A program made the position numbers and the translations under genes. 64,000 nucleotides of DNA from Antedon mediterranea (lineage: Eukaryota; Animalia; Echinodermata), in assembly GCF_964355755.1 (NCBI RefSeq), contig NC_092674.1, positions 21,080,001 through 21,144,000 on the forward strand. Direction: 5' to 3'. This document shows, piece by piece, positions 38,981 to 55,700 of this stretch; the first letter of the stretch is position 1; each line of letters opens with the position of its first letter. The notes beneath the pieces were generated by a model. The model worked only from the letters and a program-made list of their open reading frames with translations. It was not told the origin of the DNA and ran no database searches.

Positions 38981-41195
38981 TTAAAAAAGAGTTTATATTG
39001 TATTGTATATAATTATTTGAATTTCATTCATTCATTCATACACGGTTATTCATTTACAACAATAATAACAGGGGCCCACACTAAAAGCAAAAGCTTGTCT
39101 CATGAGGGCCCCTACAATACAAATATGTATAATACATGAAAAGAAATATAAAACAATAAAATAAGTTTAAAAAGAGATAAAATATTGAGCATAACAAAAG
39201 TTATGTTGTTTAAATGGCTAATTAGCATTTTACAGATTTAAAAAAAAGTGATTGGCTAGTGAAACAAAAAATTGATTTCTATCTAGTTAATCTTGTAAGT
39301 TGTAAAAGTTGTTGTTGTAACCAATTATCATTTTTTATGCAATATTTTCATTAAAGTTAAAAGTATATAGTTTGACAGTGCATCATTTTTAAAAATCTTT
39401 AAAGATGTCATCATAGTAAAACATTATAATTCATTGCGGTATGTAATAATCTATCTGCACCAAAGTGGTTACTGCATAGTAAATACACGGAGGAATTTTT
39501 CTACAACTTTTAGTCAGTTGTGTATGGCTCGGTGTTCTGTGCTCGTGTCTATGGCACTCAAGGTACCGAGATCGAGTCTCACCTTGGGAAACGAAATAAG
39601 ATTTTTTTTTTATTATCCGTATTGTTTGTTCAAATTTATTTCTTAGTGTATATATTATACACATGATTTATAATGAAATCTAGATAAAAAGTAACTTATC
39701 TTTATTGTTATGTAACAACAAATGTGGTTTATGACATTATACGCAGAGGGATCTTTGATCGGATTGTGATACCGGCTATGGTGGTCGCGTTAGCAAGGTC
39801 CTATCATATATTATAAATAATTAAAGAATCTGAGAAAATCAATCAATCAAAATATCTTTTAAAAATCAATTATCTTTATTTAAATCAATGCATATAACCT
39901 ATAATTCGTCATAGTGACGAATTAAATCTAGTTTATTTATTTGTTCTTTCTTTAAACTGAAATACACTTTCAATACAAATGTACTGATTTCCAAAGTGGT
40001 TCAGTAAACATATTTACAACAAAAATAAAATATAAAAGAAAAACAAAAAGAAAGAAAACCGATATAAAACTATTTACAATTGTGAAGGCAAAAGGTTAAT
40101 ACATATATGTTTTCTATAGTGAAGATTTAAAAGTTGCCAAAGACATATTATGGAGTTCTGATTTTATGTTATTTGGTAGAGAATTCCATAGTTTAGTTGA
40201 TCTTATCTATAAACAAAACTTCTTTTAGCCTGAGAGTTATTCCATGAAGTCATTATTACACATATACCCAAGCACATTATCTATGTATTTTCCACTCTGT
40301 CTGATCTAATTAATACCCCTTTTTTTTACACTGCCAAGCTATGTGAAAGTGTTCTCTTCCTTTTATTATTGTATAGTTTTGCAGTTTTAATTTTTGTTTT
40401 AGTCATAGTCAATTGACTATGTTTTAGTGTAATGTATTAAGTATATGAGGTTCTACAGCTAATTAAATATGCAAGGTCTTGTACTCAAGTCACACCTCAT
40501 AAATATTGGGCATAGGTATGTAAACAAAGACAGATATCATGTATCAAGTTATCTTAATCTCTACAATTCACTTCTATTATAACATCAGTGCTGTGAACAT
40601 CATATTCTTTTCTGCAGAGTTTCTTTAAAATTAACATTACCAAAACTCAATTTTGTAATTTGTTAACTGTAGTGTAAGTAAAAATCAATATTACAATTTT
40701 CTTGTTATACAATTATGATTTAACCATGTAGGTTTATGTAATGATTTAGTTTGTATTATTAACATACAGAACAGCATGTACAGTGTCACAATGTAATGGT
40801 GTGGCCAATCAGATTATAAGGGACATAAATTATTTTGGACTAGTAGTAGGTTAGGACTAGTAGTTGAACCTGAATGAATGACATACTGTTACAGTGTTTT
40901 GTTTATAATTATTTTAGTAGGGAGTATCGGTACCTGATTAACAGTCGATGTATAAGGGTTGCAGTGTTGCGTATGTCTTTATACTTTCCGTTAATAATAA
41001 TTAAACAATTATTAATCAAACTTCGTAATCTAGTAATATAATAAAGCTCAATATAAAGTAACAAATGAGAATAAGTAAACGACAGAAAATAAATATTCCT
41101 TTGCTTTATAATTAATCAGTGCATAAGTTCACAATACGCAAGTACATAACTTCGTTCCAGGTTGACTTGATGCGGAATACATTGCGCATCACTTA

Positions 41196-42022
41196 GGGGC
41201 CTTTCACACCTGTTCTGGCATGGTTCTGGTTCGGCGAATCGAACGGCAATGTTTCGTTTTCACATGCTCCACATGGCTATGCGCCCCGGGGGGGTCACTC
41301 TTAAATATTTCCATACGGGGAGGTGCCGCATTTACGACGGGTATATTTTCGAGGGCCTGGTAGCACAAGTGTGGGAAATTATGGAGAGTTGGTAGCACAA
41401 GTGTGGGGAATGACAGGGTGAAATTAGTAGTTTAAGTGCCTGGCCCGCCCACCCGTGTCAAAATGTCACGATTTATCGCCAAATTTTGCAGGTATTTTAG
41501 CATAATGGATGCTATAAGCCCAGCTATAAGCCCATCGCTAAACACCTTTGAATAGGCCTAGAGTTTTCGCATCAGCAGAAGAACACGAAACATAGCCTAC
41601 GACAAAATCATTCAACTGTGACCACTCTTGACTCTTGATCATCGTCGTCATGCACCGCGGACGAGCGAAAACACGTTCATGATTTTGCCATGAACGGTCT
41701 CTTTGGCCATGCGCAGATCATGCCGGGAACCAGTACAAATATTGCGCCCTCTCTGGCGTGGCCTTGTTTCTGCCGTCTTTTTAGAGAACACTGGATTTTT
41801 ATTTGGTAAATGGTAGTTCAAGTCCGTAGTATTTTTCAGTAAAACAGCTGGTAGCACAAGTGCCTCATGTCTTGAAGTGGCTGCTGCACCCCCCCCCCCC
41901 CCCGTTTGGTTTATATACAAGTGACCCCCTACGGGCTATGCGCCAATCGATATGCGCATGGCCGCGTAAAAATGAAACATTGGCTTTGCCAGCGCCAGAC
42001 TGGAACCGTGCAGACGGGCCCT
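41196..42022. mobile_element. PIF/Harbinger-like MITE containing a nested element
   Basis: TTA flanks; imperfect TIRs GGGGCCTTTCACAC / AGGGCCCGTCTGCAC, related to the 58477 family. Confidence 0.55.
41285..41935. mobile_element. Non-autonomous DNA element with CCCG termini and 8-bp TSD
   Basis: TIRs CCCGGGGGGGTCACT / CCCGTAGGGGGTCACT; TSD CTATGCGC at 41277-41284 and 41936-41943. Confidence 0.85.
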
Positions 42023-42353
42023 TTACCCGTGTGGTTCAGCGACCGGGTTGACTTTTTACCTTGTTTAAACCGGCCTGAATTTCTGCGTCCCAGGTACAAT
42101 TCGGGTTACTTAATTCTGGATCAACTTGATTTGAGTTGTTATTTGTCCTAGACTCCTACTGTAAATTCAAACTATACTTTCAAATGATGTTTTTATTTAC
42201 AATATAAATTTGTACACAATTTTAATTTCAGTGATTTTTTTTATGAATGGTAGGTAATTTCTTTTTTTCAGTGACTTCTTGAGAGTGTACCAATACCCAG
42301 CGGTGGACAGCCGGGGCAAGTCAGGCTTACAGTACTTATGCCATCTGTGAATA

Positions 42354-45776
<3,423 letters not shown>

Positions 45777-46713
45777 AGTAGATCCTATTAGTAAGGTGTA
45801 GGCCTAAACAGGCTAGCAGGCCGTCTGTGACACAGTCACAACAGAGAGTGTGGAGCGGGAGTAGAGTCTGGAGTTGTGTGGAGCAAGTGGCTAGCCTCTA
45901 GGCCTATACCTAGTACTAGTAGTAGTACTAGTAGTAGTAGGGCCTAGTACTAGTAGCCTAGCTAGCTAGTTAGGAGGCCTAACTAGCCTCTAGCCTATCT
46001 TATCTAGTAGGCCTATTCTGTTGAACAATCAATAATGTCGTCTGCTTGTGTTGTACGTGTTGGTTGCGTTCGTTAATTTTCCAAACAGTTCTCATGCTTA
46101 GTTGGCCTAGGCTAGGCCCTATACATTAATAATTATCATAATGAATTTCTAAATAATTTAACAAAGACTATTATTATACCGTACCTACCCTTCTCAAAAC
46201 ATTGGCTTAACTTTGGATACTTTTGTCCTAGCCTAGCCTTTTTAAAGTTTCGCGCGAAATATCGTCAGTTGTGTTCCGCTTGATCAATTTTTCAACATAC
46301 ACACTCCCCCCAAATCCACCAATAGCAGCCTCCGAAGTCTGACGGTGGTGGTGTGTGTCAGGAAGGAGGTCAAGCGTGTCATCCAGATCCACCAAACACA
46401 AGATTATTTACCTGTAAATCCACATTGTGTTTCTAATCAGTCAAGGGAACTTACACAATAGTCGGAGATGGTATCTGTATTAATTAGTAGCACAACTTTA
46501 TCAATGTTATTGTGTTCAAAGACCAAATTCCAAGTCCAGGCGGATCAGGTTGATCTAAATCGTAGGCCACACTCTGTCACGTCTGTGGTGTGATACGAAA
46601 CAGAGCACACACGTACATATAGGTAGGCCTACTCTCTGTCTGTGACGACCATCTTGGCCGTGAATGATACAGGATAAGAACTATTTTATAGCCTACAATT
46701 ACAAACATTCATC

Positions 46714-49700
46714 ATGACTTCCAATGAACACACAACAAATGCAGATGATGTGTATGTTTTAGGAGTTGATTATGGAACAACAACTGTTCGCTGTCAAGTG
46801 TTTGATCGACATTCATCTGTTGTTGGAAGCAGTAGGCAGAAAGTAAGTAATTTTTGTTACAACAATTTTTGTCCTTACAGTTACACTATCTACAGATCTT
46901 CCCCTCTTCCCCACATTATTAATGATACAGGGGTTATATCAAAAAACCTAAATGGTACGTCATCTCACTTTACCACCAGAGAGAGGTCATGGCGCGTCCT
47001 CTAAAAGATCTGTCAGTGTCACTAATTTTAAACGCCGTGGCTAAAGATACGGTACCGTATTCTAACTTCTGTTTACTAAAGGTACGGTAAAATTGCATTA
47101 CGTCATAATCAGCCAATGGGGTGCTGGTACGTGTGTGACGTCATCGTATAAGGACTTGGGATTTTTTTCATATCGCGTCTGTTGTATTTGTAGAGAACTC
47201 CTATCGGCGGCGCCAGGCTGCGTGGATGTGTGTGCGATGCAGATGAGGGTTTTATTTTTATTCCAAATGGCCTATTTAGGCCTATATTTTTTATTAAACT
47301 TTGTTTTCAATGGTGACCATAAACAACAAGCAAATGCGGACAATAAAGGGGCCCTCGATATGAAAAAAATCCACTAAGTCCTTATACGATGACGTCACAG
47401 ACGTACCAGCACCCCATTTGGCTGGTTATGACGTTATGCAATTTTACCGTACCTTTAGTAAACAGAAGTTGGAATACGGTACCGTATCTTTAGCCACGGC
47501 GAATTTTAAAATGGGTGCGTCATTGTTTTCATGTAAAAGGTAAGTCAATATTTGTGATGCAGGGGTGTGTCATCATGGAGTAATAATTTGAAAATAATTC
47601 TTTTATTTTTTACCAATAATTTACTCTCAAACTTGATTTTGTTTGTCTGAAATCTTTCCATTCTAAACAGGTTTTAGGTGAATTGCCTCTTTAACATCCT
47701 TCCTTTGTCTGGGTTCATATTAATGTTCTCATGGGATTTTATAGATTAGAGAGTAGTCTGCATAAATGTTCACCATATGGCACTTCTAACGAAAGTTATA
47801 TCTGTTTATGGATACTGCAAGGTCATAACAGAAATATTTATTACAGGGTGCATTCACACTTTAATACAACACTGCCAAGCTCACCTGCATATGGTACGCT
47901 AACCTAAAGGGTCTTTCACACCAGTACTTTTCCGGCACGGTTCTGTGCCGGCCAATAAAATCAAACATCAATGTTCTTTTTTGACATCGCTCCCCACAGC
48001 TATGCGGCAAATGACTACACAACATTGACATTTGATTTGACGATGCCAGACCGGACCCTTGGCGGATCATGCCATAAGTTGTACCCTTTTCACACTGCAT
48101 AAATTGTTGCAATTTGAATACAACTTTTAACAAGTTGTAATACAATACAGTCTTTTATCTCCCAATTTATTATACATACAGTATTCATACATGCAAAGCA
48201 ACATCTCTTGAGAAAGTGTTGTTGAATACAGTAGGATGCGAAGCGTAATTTGCTATAATTAGCATTGTGTTACTGTACCAGTGCAGTGCAATGCACAGTA
48301 AGAACTCGGAAAAACATCTCAGAAAAAACATGAGCCTCGTTGGTGTGTTTTTTTTTAGGAAAATCTCACAAAGTTTCTTCACAATATGCAAATCTTGTTA
48401 CAATTCAATTTTAATTTAATAACTAGTGTTATTGTGGCAAGACAAAAGAGTCCAAAGGCTTCTGTCGCCAATTACTACTAGACTGTAGGATTAGTACCAC
48501 CAAACATCTGCATACAAGGTTTTTTTCATGATTACACTACACAGTATTAACAGCATTTTGTGCAAATCTTTTTTTTTGATAATTCTTTGGCTCAAATTGC
48601 ATATTACACAGTTCTTAATGCTAAAAATAATAATAATTCAGTTTCTTAATTAAATAATAATTTATTATTCGTATAATAGCATAATATAGATAATCAGTTT
48701 CTATGACTTGATTGCATTTCAAAATTAATCAGTTATGTTAATGAATACTTTATCCACAAAAACAGTAAATTAGTAAAATTTTCATCATCCAGTTTATCAC
48801 CAAAATACTGTATTATTTTGACGTTATTAAAAGTGCAATAGAGCAATTATTTAGTATCAATCATGTGACAATCTTCCAATCAAATGATGATAATTTACTA
48901 AGGGTGTGTTTTAATACTGAATCTGTAATAAACCTAACTGAAGATCTGTATAGCAATTGTAGAAGATATACTATATTTTGGTATTGTACTGAATCTTTTG
49001 ATTATTTTTTGGAAAATTGTGGTTATTGAATAGAATGTTTATCCCTTGTATTTATCTAATTCTTATTTGGGAAATTAGTCATTTCACTTTGGTATAATAA
49101 CCAAACAATCATACATAATAGAAAGTTCAGGATGTTTGGAATAATTGGACTTTTCATTTCTATAGAATAAAATATAAAGCTATCTTTAAAACAGTGTGAA
49201 TGGAAAGGCTACTTAAATTTCACAGATTATCTAAAATATAATACTTAATAGAGTATGAATAATAATTAGAAATCATAATGTTTGATTTCATTAATTGATT
49301 CTTTTGTTATTTAATACTTAAATTTTTCCCTATAGGCCTACTGTAATCATATCATCATCATTGTCAGTTTGAAACCCAACCAAACACTTTAAAAAATTCA
49401 ACTACTGTACTGTATTTATAAATATAATAATACTGTAAAACTGACTAACTCTCTAGTATCAGACAGCATGGAATGATTACTTAATCTAAAGTATATTAAC
49501 TAATAATATTTCATGCATAATTTAATATCGAACACTTTGTTTTTTTCTGGTTCATTACATTTCATTTGGTTGCATGCATGTTTGTTCTTATTCCTTTGTC
49601 TTTGTCGTGTGCTAGTTAGTGGAGGATGAATGATAGTGAGCGATGGTATCGACTAATGCATTCAATATCTTGAAACAAATATCTTTTTATTTCATTTTTT

Positions 49701-52700
49701 TTCTATTTTGAACATTTTTGTTTTCATCAAAAGCGAGAATAATAATTTCAAATTAAGTCTGTAATAAATGACCTGAGTGTTACTGTTAAATGTTGGTGGG
49801 ACATCAATTGCCATTTATGATATTCGCTGATAATGTTCCATCTTTAATATCCTCGTGACAACTCTTCCTTGTTGTCACACTGACAGTGACACTGCGGTGG
49901 ATGCACAGTTTCCTACTGTACTGTATGTGGAATCGTTTCTTTGGAACAAACTTCCACCTTTTGTCAAACACTGATTAAGCTTGAACTTGATGGGAAAGCG
50001 CCTTCATTTGCTGTACTGATCCTTTAGTTGAAAAGTGTGTACAAATGGGTACCTGTTTTGAAGCACAACATGTACTATAGTACTGTAACAGGTAGCTGCA
50101 ACATTATGGAAGTATTTTTCCATACGTGTTTGATGATGACCAGTGTAATAATGTGAAGCACTTTGACTACATAATGAGGCGTATTATTATTTATTATTAT
50201 TTTTTTTTAATTACTGCAATACTGTTTGATTATTGATTATTATTATTTGATGTTGAGGTGGAGAATTTTAAATATTTCGGACTCATTTCTCTACTGTACT
50301 GTAGTTTAGCAAAATTGCAGACAGAAATGGACAATACTTGTTGACATTATTCAAGAATTTAAACACCATTCTGCACTTTGTTTTCAATACAGTGAACATA
50401 ATGGGTCTAATGAATCATGACAAGTTGCATATTTTACAACCGTTTTTATGCATAGCAGTTGCTTTGATCTGATGATGCTTTTTGAAAAAATTCAGTTGGT
50501 GTTTTCACATCAAAACCAATACTACAGTAGATCTACTAGACTTGAATTATTAAAGGCATCATCTCTCTGATTGTACTTAATTGTGTCTTCTTTAAGTCCC
50601 AAAATTATCTTAAAATAGCAAAGTTATTTGTTTAAGAAGATCCTTTTAGAGTTGATATTAATGACCTGTCAAGTGTAATGTTCTTTTTCATCAAAAGCTA
50701 TTGGAAATATTCAAATTATGTTGTTATTTTTCAGTGTGCAAAATTCCTAATAACATTTCTCCAGAGTTTGGTATAATATATTTTTATTGAATTCACTAAA
50801 CCATATTAATATTTATTCACTAGGTTGAGTTACATTGTCCACAGCAGGACACAATTGAGCTGCTTCCAGATACAGTGTGGACACAATTTACAACTGTTGT
50901 CAAGAAAGCAATTGCAGGTACTGTAACAATAATGGAAAAACATATCATCAACATGCTCAATTTAAAGATTGTCGCCCATAAACATAAGTGAATAAATTAA
51001 GCTTTGGGGTAATTTTGTAGAAGCCTTGTTTGATTGTCCCCAAAAACATGAAAAATAAGGAAAATAAAATCAGACTTTGAATAGGTCATGGTATAGTTTT
51101 AACAAAGTTAATATCCGTAGAAAAAAAACCTTGTTTTCACTTATAAAATGACAACATATAAAGTGTTTAAATTCAACCAAACCCATTGACTGGCTATTTT
51201 TTTGCTTTGAATTATGGTTTTTTCAGGTAAATCATTTTTTTTATGCAATTTTTTCGTATAAAGAGAGTAACTGTTTAGATTTAGATTAAAATGGCATATT
51301 AAAAAAAAACTGTTTTTAAGGGAGTCCTGAAAACATATTTTTGTATTAAAAAAAAATACAGACATTTAATTGTTAATACATTTTGAGCAACTTCTATTTT
51401 TTTTTTTACACTGTGGTTTTATTAAAATCATTTTTGTTTCCGATTTTTGGTTAAATGTGACATTACTGTATGGCGTTTACAACGAAAAATGTAGTTTAAA
51501 AATTATTTTTTCAGTGGAACAATTGGTATCTTTACATTTTTTCCCAAAACTCACTACTACTATACTGTACTGTATGTGTGTACTATAGCTTCTTTCTACT
51601 AGACCAAACAATGACAAAAAATAACATTACTTACAATACACTTTACAGTTGTGAGAAGTGAATTGATAGTAAATCAATTTAAAAATACTAGTTAAAAGAT
51701 TTATTTTTAGCTCCATGATAGTATTGAATGAATTTAGATTCAAAGATTCTTGCATTCTCACTTGAAAACAATATTTAATAGTGCAGTTAAAGCATTGTAA
51801 TCAATCTCAAGTGGTAATGGTATACAATGAATTTTTATGAGTTTAGGCAGAATATTTTCATGAGTTTTGTTATATATATTTTTTTTAAAGATGCTGGCAT
51901 CTCGGTAAACAATATTGCATGTATGGGAATTTCTGTACAGAGGGCTACATTTACATTATGGAACAGGTACAGTACATTTATACTATTTAAAACAAAGTAG
52001 CTACAGTGTGTTGAGGAGAGGTGTAAACATAGCATTGACTTGCTTTGGGTGTGTGATAATACACATGCAATTACTGATATGACTTTTAATAAAGACTTGT
52101 CTGTTATGACATCGCTCCATTGTAAAGCCAGTTGAATTCTAGCGGTCTTTGCTAAGGTTCCTACAACATAAGACTGTACTACCTTGTCTACTTTGTCATC
52201 TGCCATTTGGCAGGTCCATAACAGTCTTCTTTCTCCATACTTCTCTATTTGTGCTTCTTCTTTTAGTTCCGAATATATATTTTTATGTTTTAATCTATCA
52301 AGCATAGCTATCCTTTTCCTTCCTCTTCTTGTTTTACCTTTATATCTTTCTTCTATCAACATTTTCAATAATCCTCCTTTACCTAATTTTATGTCCAATC
52401 CATTGTCTTCATTATCCTTTTTAACGTGAGACCAGAGATTGAAATACCTATCAGTATCTATTTATTTTTTTCATTATGCCATTGTTTTTATAAGCTTTTT
52501 ATCACTATTGACTTTGCCTATACTAGATTGATTGATCGATTGATTGAAATATATATTTATACTGGGTAACCTCTTCAGTCAATGACTGGTCTCCCAGAGA
52601 GACCATTGGGATGTTTTTTTTTTCCTATTTATCGAGGTCAAAAGCCCAATCTTCTTATGCATACTACTGTAGATACTATTAGTGTCTGGATGTGCATGCC

Positions 52701-55700
52701 CTATCGGTCACCGTAAGGATAGCTCTCATGGGTATTTACCATGTTTTTTAAGCTTTCTCTGTATATTGCATAGCAATACTCTCCATAGTGTACTTATTTT
52801 TCAGTTGCGCAATTTTATTGAAAGTCTGTTATTAAACATTCCAGACGGATCAGACATTATAATTGCAATAGAGCTAATTAGCATTAGATATTTTATCACT
52901 ACCTTAGTATAAAAATTTACTCATTTAATGAACGTTTCATGTATTGAAAGAGTGACTGTTCTGGTTTAAACGATGTGGGGCTGATTTACAGTAACTAGGA
53001 CAATCGGGCTTTCAATGAATGAAAATATTCTCTCATTCAATGAATACAAAACATGTTTATTTGTTCATTCATTCATAATCATAAATTATTGTAATCAGTG
53101 CTTAGCTTACCTGGATATTAAATTGACAGTAGTTGTATTTTGCACGACTTACGGACTGCCAACGCTAATTTAATTTTGGTTGGTGTTTTTTGATCATCAT
53201 TTTTTTAATTATAGGCACACGGATGAACATTACTGTAACTTTATATCATGGAATGATACACGTGCAGAACCTTTCGCTAACAATATTAACCAATCATTAT
53301 CATTTAAGGTAAGGTTATTTAGTGACTCAGCAGTCTGGATCGCAAAATTGTTGCTCAGTTTAGACACAGACTTGCCATAACATAAAGTTATGTCAATATT
53401 TTGATTGAAAGTTTAAATGTGTGTACTCATAATAATATTGTTTATAGCCTAAAGGCAAAAAACAACCACAACCAGTTTCATGTTTATAGTAAATACAATC
53501 CTGTATTGTATGGTATTGTACATAACAACCATTTAATTTTAATACTATGAAATGACTGTATAGTAAATGATACAAATCTTTAGTGTTCTGTTTGTGTGCA
53601 ATAAGATCAACAACCACCTACACATTTTCCTCTATTGGTGGTTCATCATACAGTTATTATTAGATCATGGATGGAAACTAATTCAATCTTCCATAATTAG
53701 ATATTGTTTTAAACTTCCTGAATGGAACCTTACTGTTCGTTCCTAGCTTGCCTGGATAAGTCAGCTATAGCCATTTCCGAACAGAGGATAATTTAATTAC
53801 TCATTTTTTTTGTATTGATGTCCGAAAGCCCCATCTTCTTATTCATAAATACCTAATGAAGACATTTTGAGTGTTGAGCACCCTCATTGGCCTATGGTAT
53901 TGTCTTTGAGTGTTGAGCACCCTCATTGGCCTATGGTATTGTCTTTGAGTGTTGAGCACCCTCATTGGCCTATGGTATTGTCTTTTGTTTTCTTTTGAAA
54001 TTCTTAGAATTATTTTGCTCATTACATTACAGTATTACAGTACGAAAGGAAAACAATGATTCTGGTGAGTCAGTATATGTATAGAAGGCGGTCATTAACC
54101 CTTTGAAGACGTGGCCCATATACCATACGGGGTAATTTACTGTCACAGGACGTGAGACCCATTTGTACAGTATAGGTTTTTGAGCATTTGACCTTTCACC
54201 TAGGTCCAAAAAGTGCAATTTTTCGGAAGGCCAAAACATTCACCTAACAATAAAACCAACAATTGCAGAAAGTTTACAGGCTTCATAAAAATGTATTGTG
54301 CATTTTTCCTAAACCTATTAAAATACCTCATTTAGCCTCAGTCACTTTGGGTAGAAACCTCGCATCTTAAAAGGTTAAATAGGTGACTCGTGGCCACCTG
54401 TAATTCTTCCTTAGTAATAGTAATCCTAGTCTGAAAAATATCCCAATTTTGCAATAGAAAAATCCCCGAAATTTTGGTCACCAGAGTGTGTACTTTATCC
54501 AAGTTTTTGATAGAAATAATTATATAATTTCTAACTGTACACATACTTTTCATGGTATTGTACCATATGTTGTAATGTCTAAATCAAGTTTAACTTGTAA
54601 GTGAATATATTGATTAAGTTCACCTGAATGATTGGATCATTAATATTGATTTGCCCATATCCATTAAATATGTATATTGATGTGATAGAAATAGTTTATG
54701 GTTTACATTTCGAGGAATCATTTCCAGAAATGTTTTCCTGAATTTTGCTCTGCCTTTTCCTTATTTTCATTTCTTCGGTTTTTTTCAAAACATAACAATT
54801 TAAACAAGTACAGTAATCAACTGCACCAAAACTTAACACATTAATGACATCTTCCTACAGTAGTATTGAGAAACCCCATAAATTTAGAACAAAGCGAAAA
54901 CATAGATCATAAACATGAAAATATTTTGTCAAACCACTTGCAAGAAGCATACATGCACACATTTGAGGGACGTACTCTTTTGCTTATTGTCATACGTCAG
55001 TCGTTTTAGAACCTAGTTGATATGAATTTAATACTTGTGCATAATGAATTCAAAGAATTATTAAATTATGGAATTTATGGTGAAAATGGTAATAAATCTT
55101 ACTATATTTTATGGTTGTTTTTTATTGGTTTTGCTTTGATTGTATTTAAGCTTTTGAATTACTGTATTTTATCATAGCCAATTTACAATAACAATTTTTA
55201 ACCATTTTAGTGTATAACCAGCTCAAAAGCTTCAACATGTAATGTACAGTTAAGCTTTCAAATACAAATATTGGTAAATGCTTCTGAATGAACTTGTGAT
55301 AAAACTCCATCTATAACATGATGGTTTGGTAAGAAAAATAAATCTAGGGACCTAAATGATAAAATACAGTAAAAATTGTATGAAAATGATTAGTAAATTG
55401 TACAGTAGATCATGCCAATCAATGAATTCAGATACTACAAATAGAAATGTGATTGTAAACACAATATTTTATGCATGTGTTGAGGCATTTATTCGAGGAA
55501 ATGAATAAATGCCCTGTGCGTTTTTTCCACATGATGATTGTTCTTGGGCGACGTTACGGTTAAAATATAAATTTCTTCGAAAAAAGTCTGTTTGGAATTT
55601 TGTTTTACTGAATTATTTGACTGACCTTTTCGCCCACTTCACCATACTTAGATTCACAAAGGAAATAATAACACATTGTTAACTACATTCTATTCATTGT

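Noticed and set aside
51835-52398. 187-aa minus-strand ORF as a gene
   Set aside because: An RTE LINE tail plus read-through overlapping GK5 exon 3.
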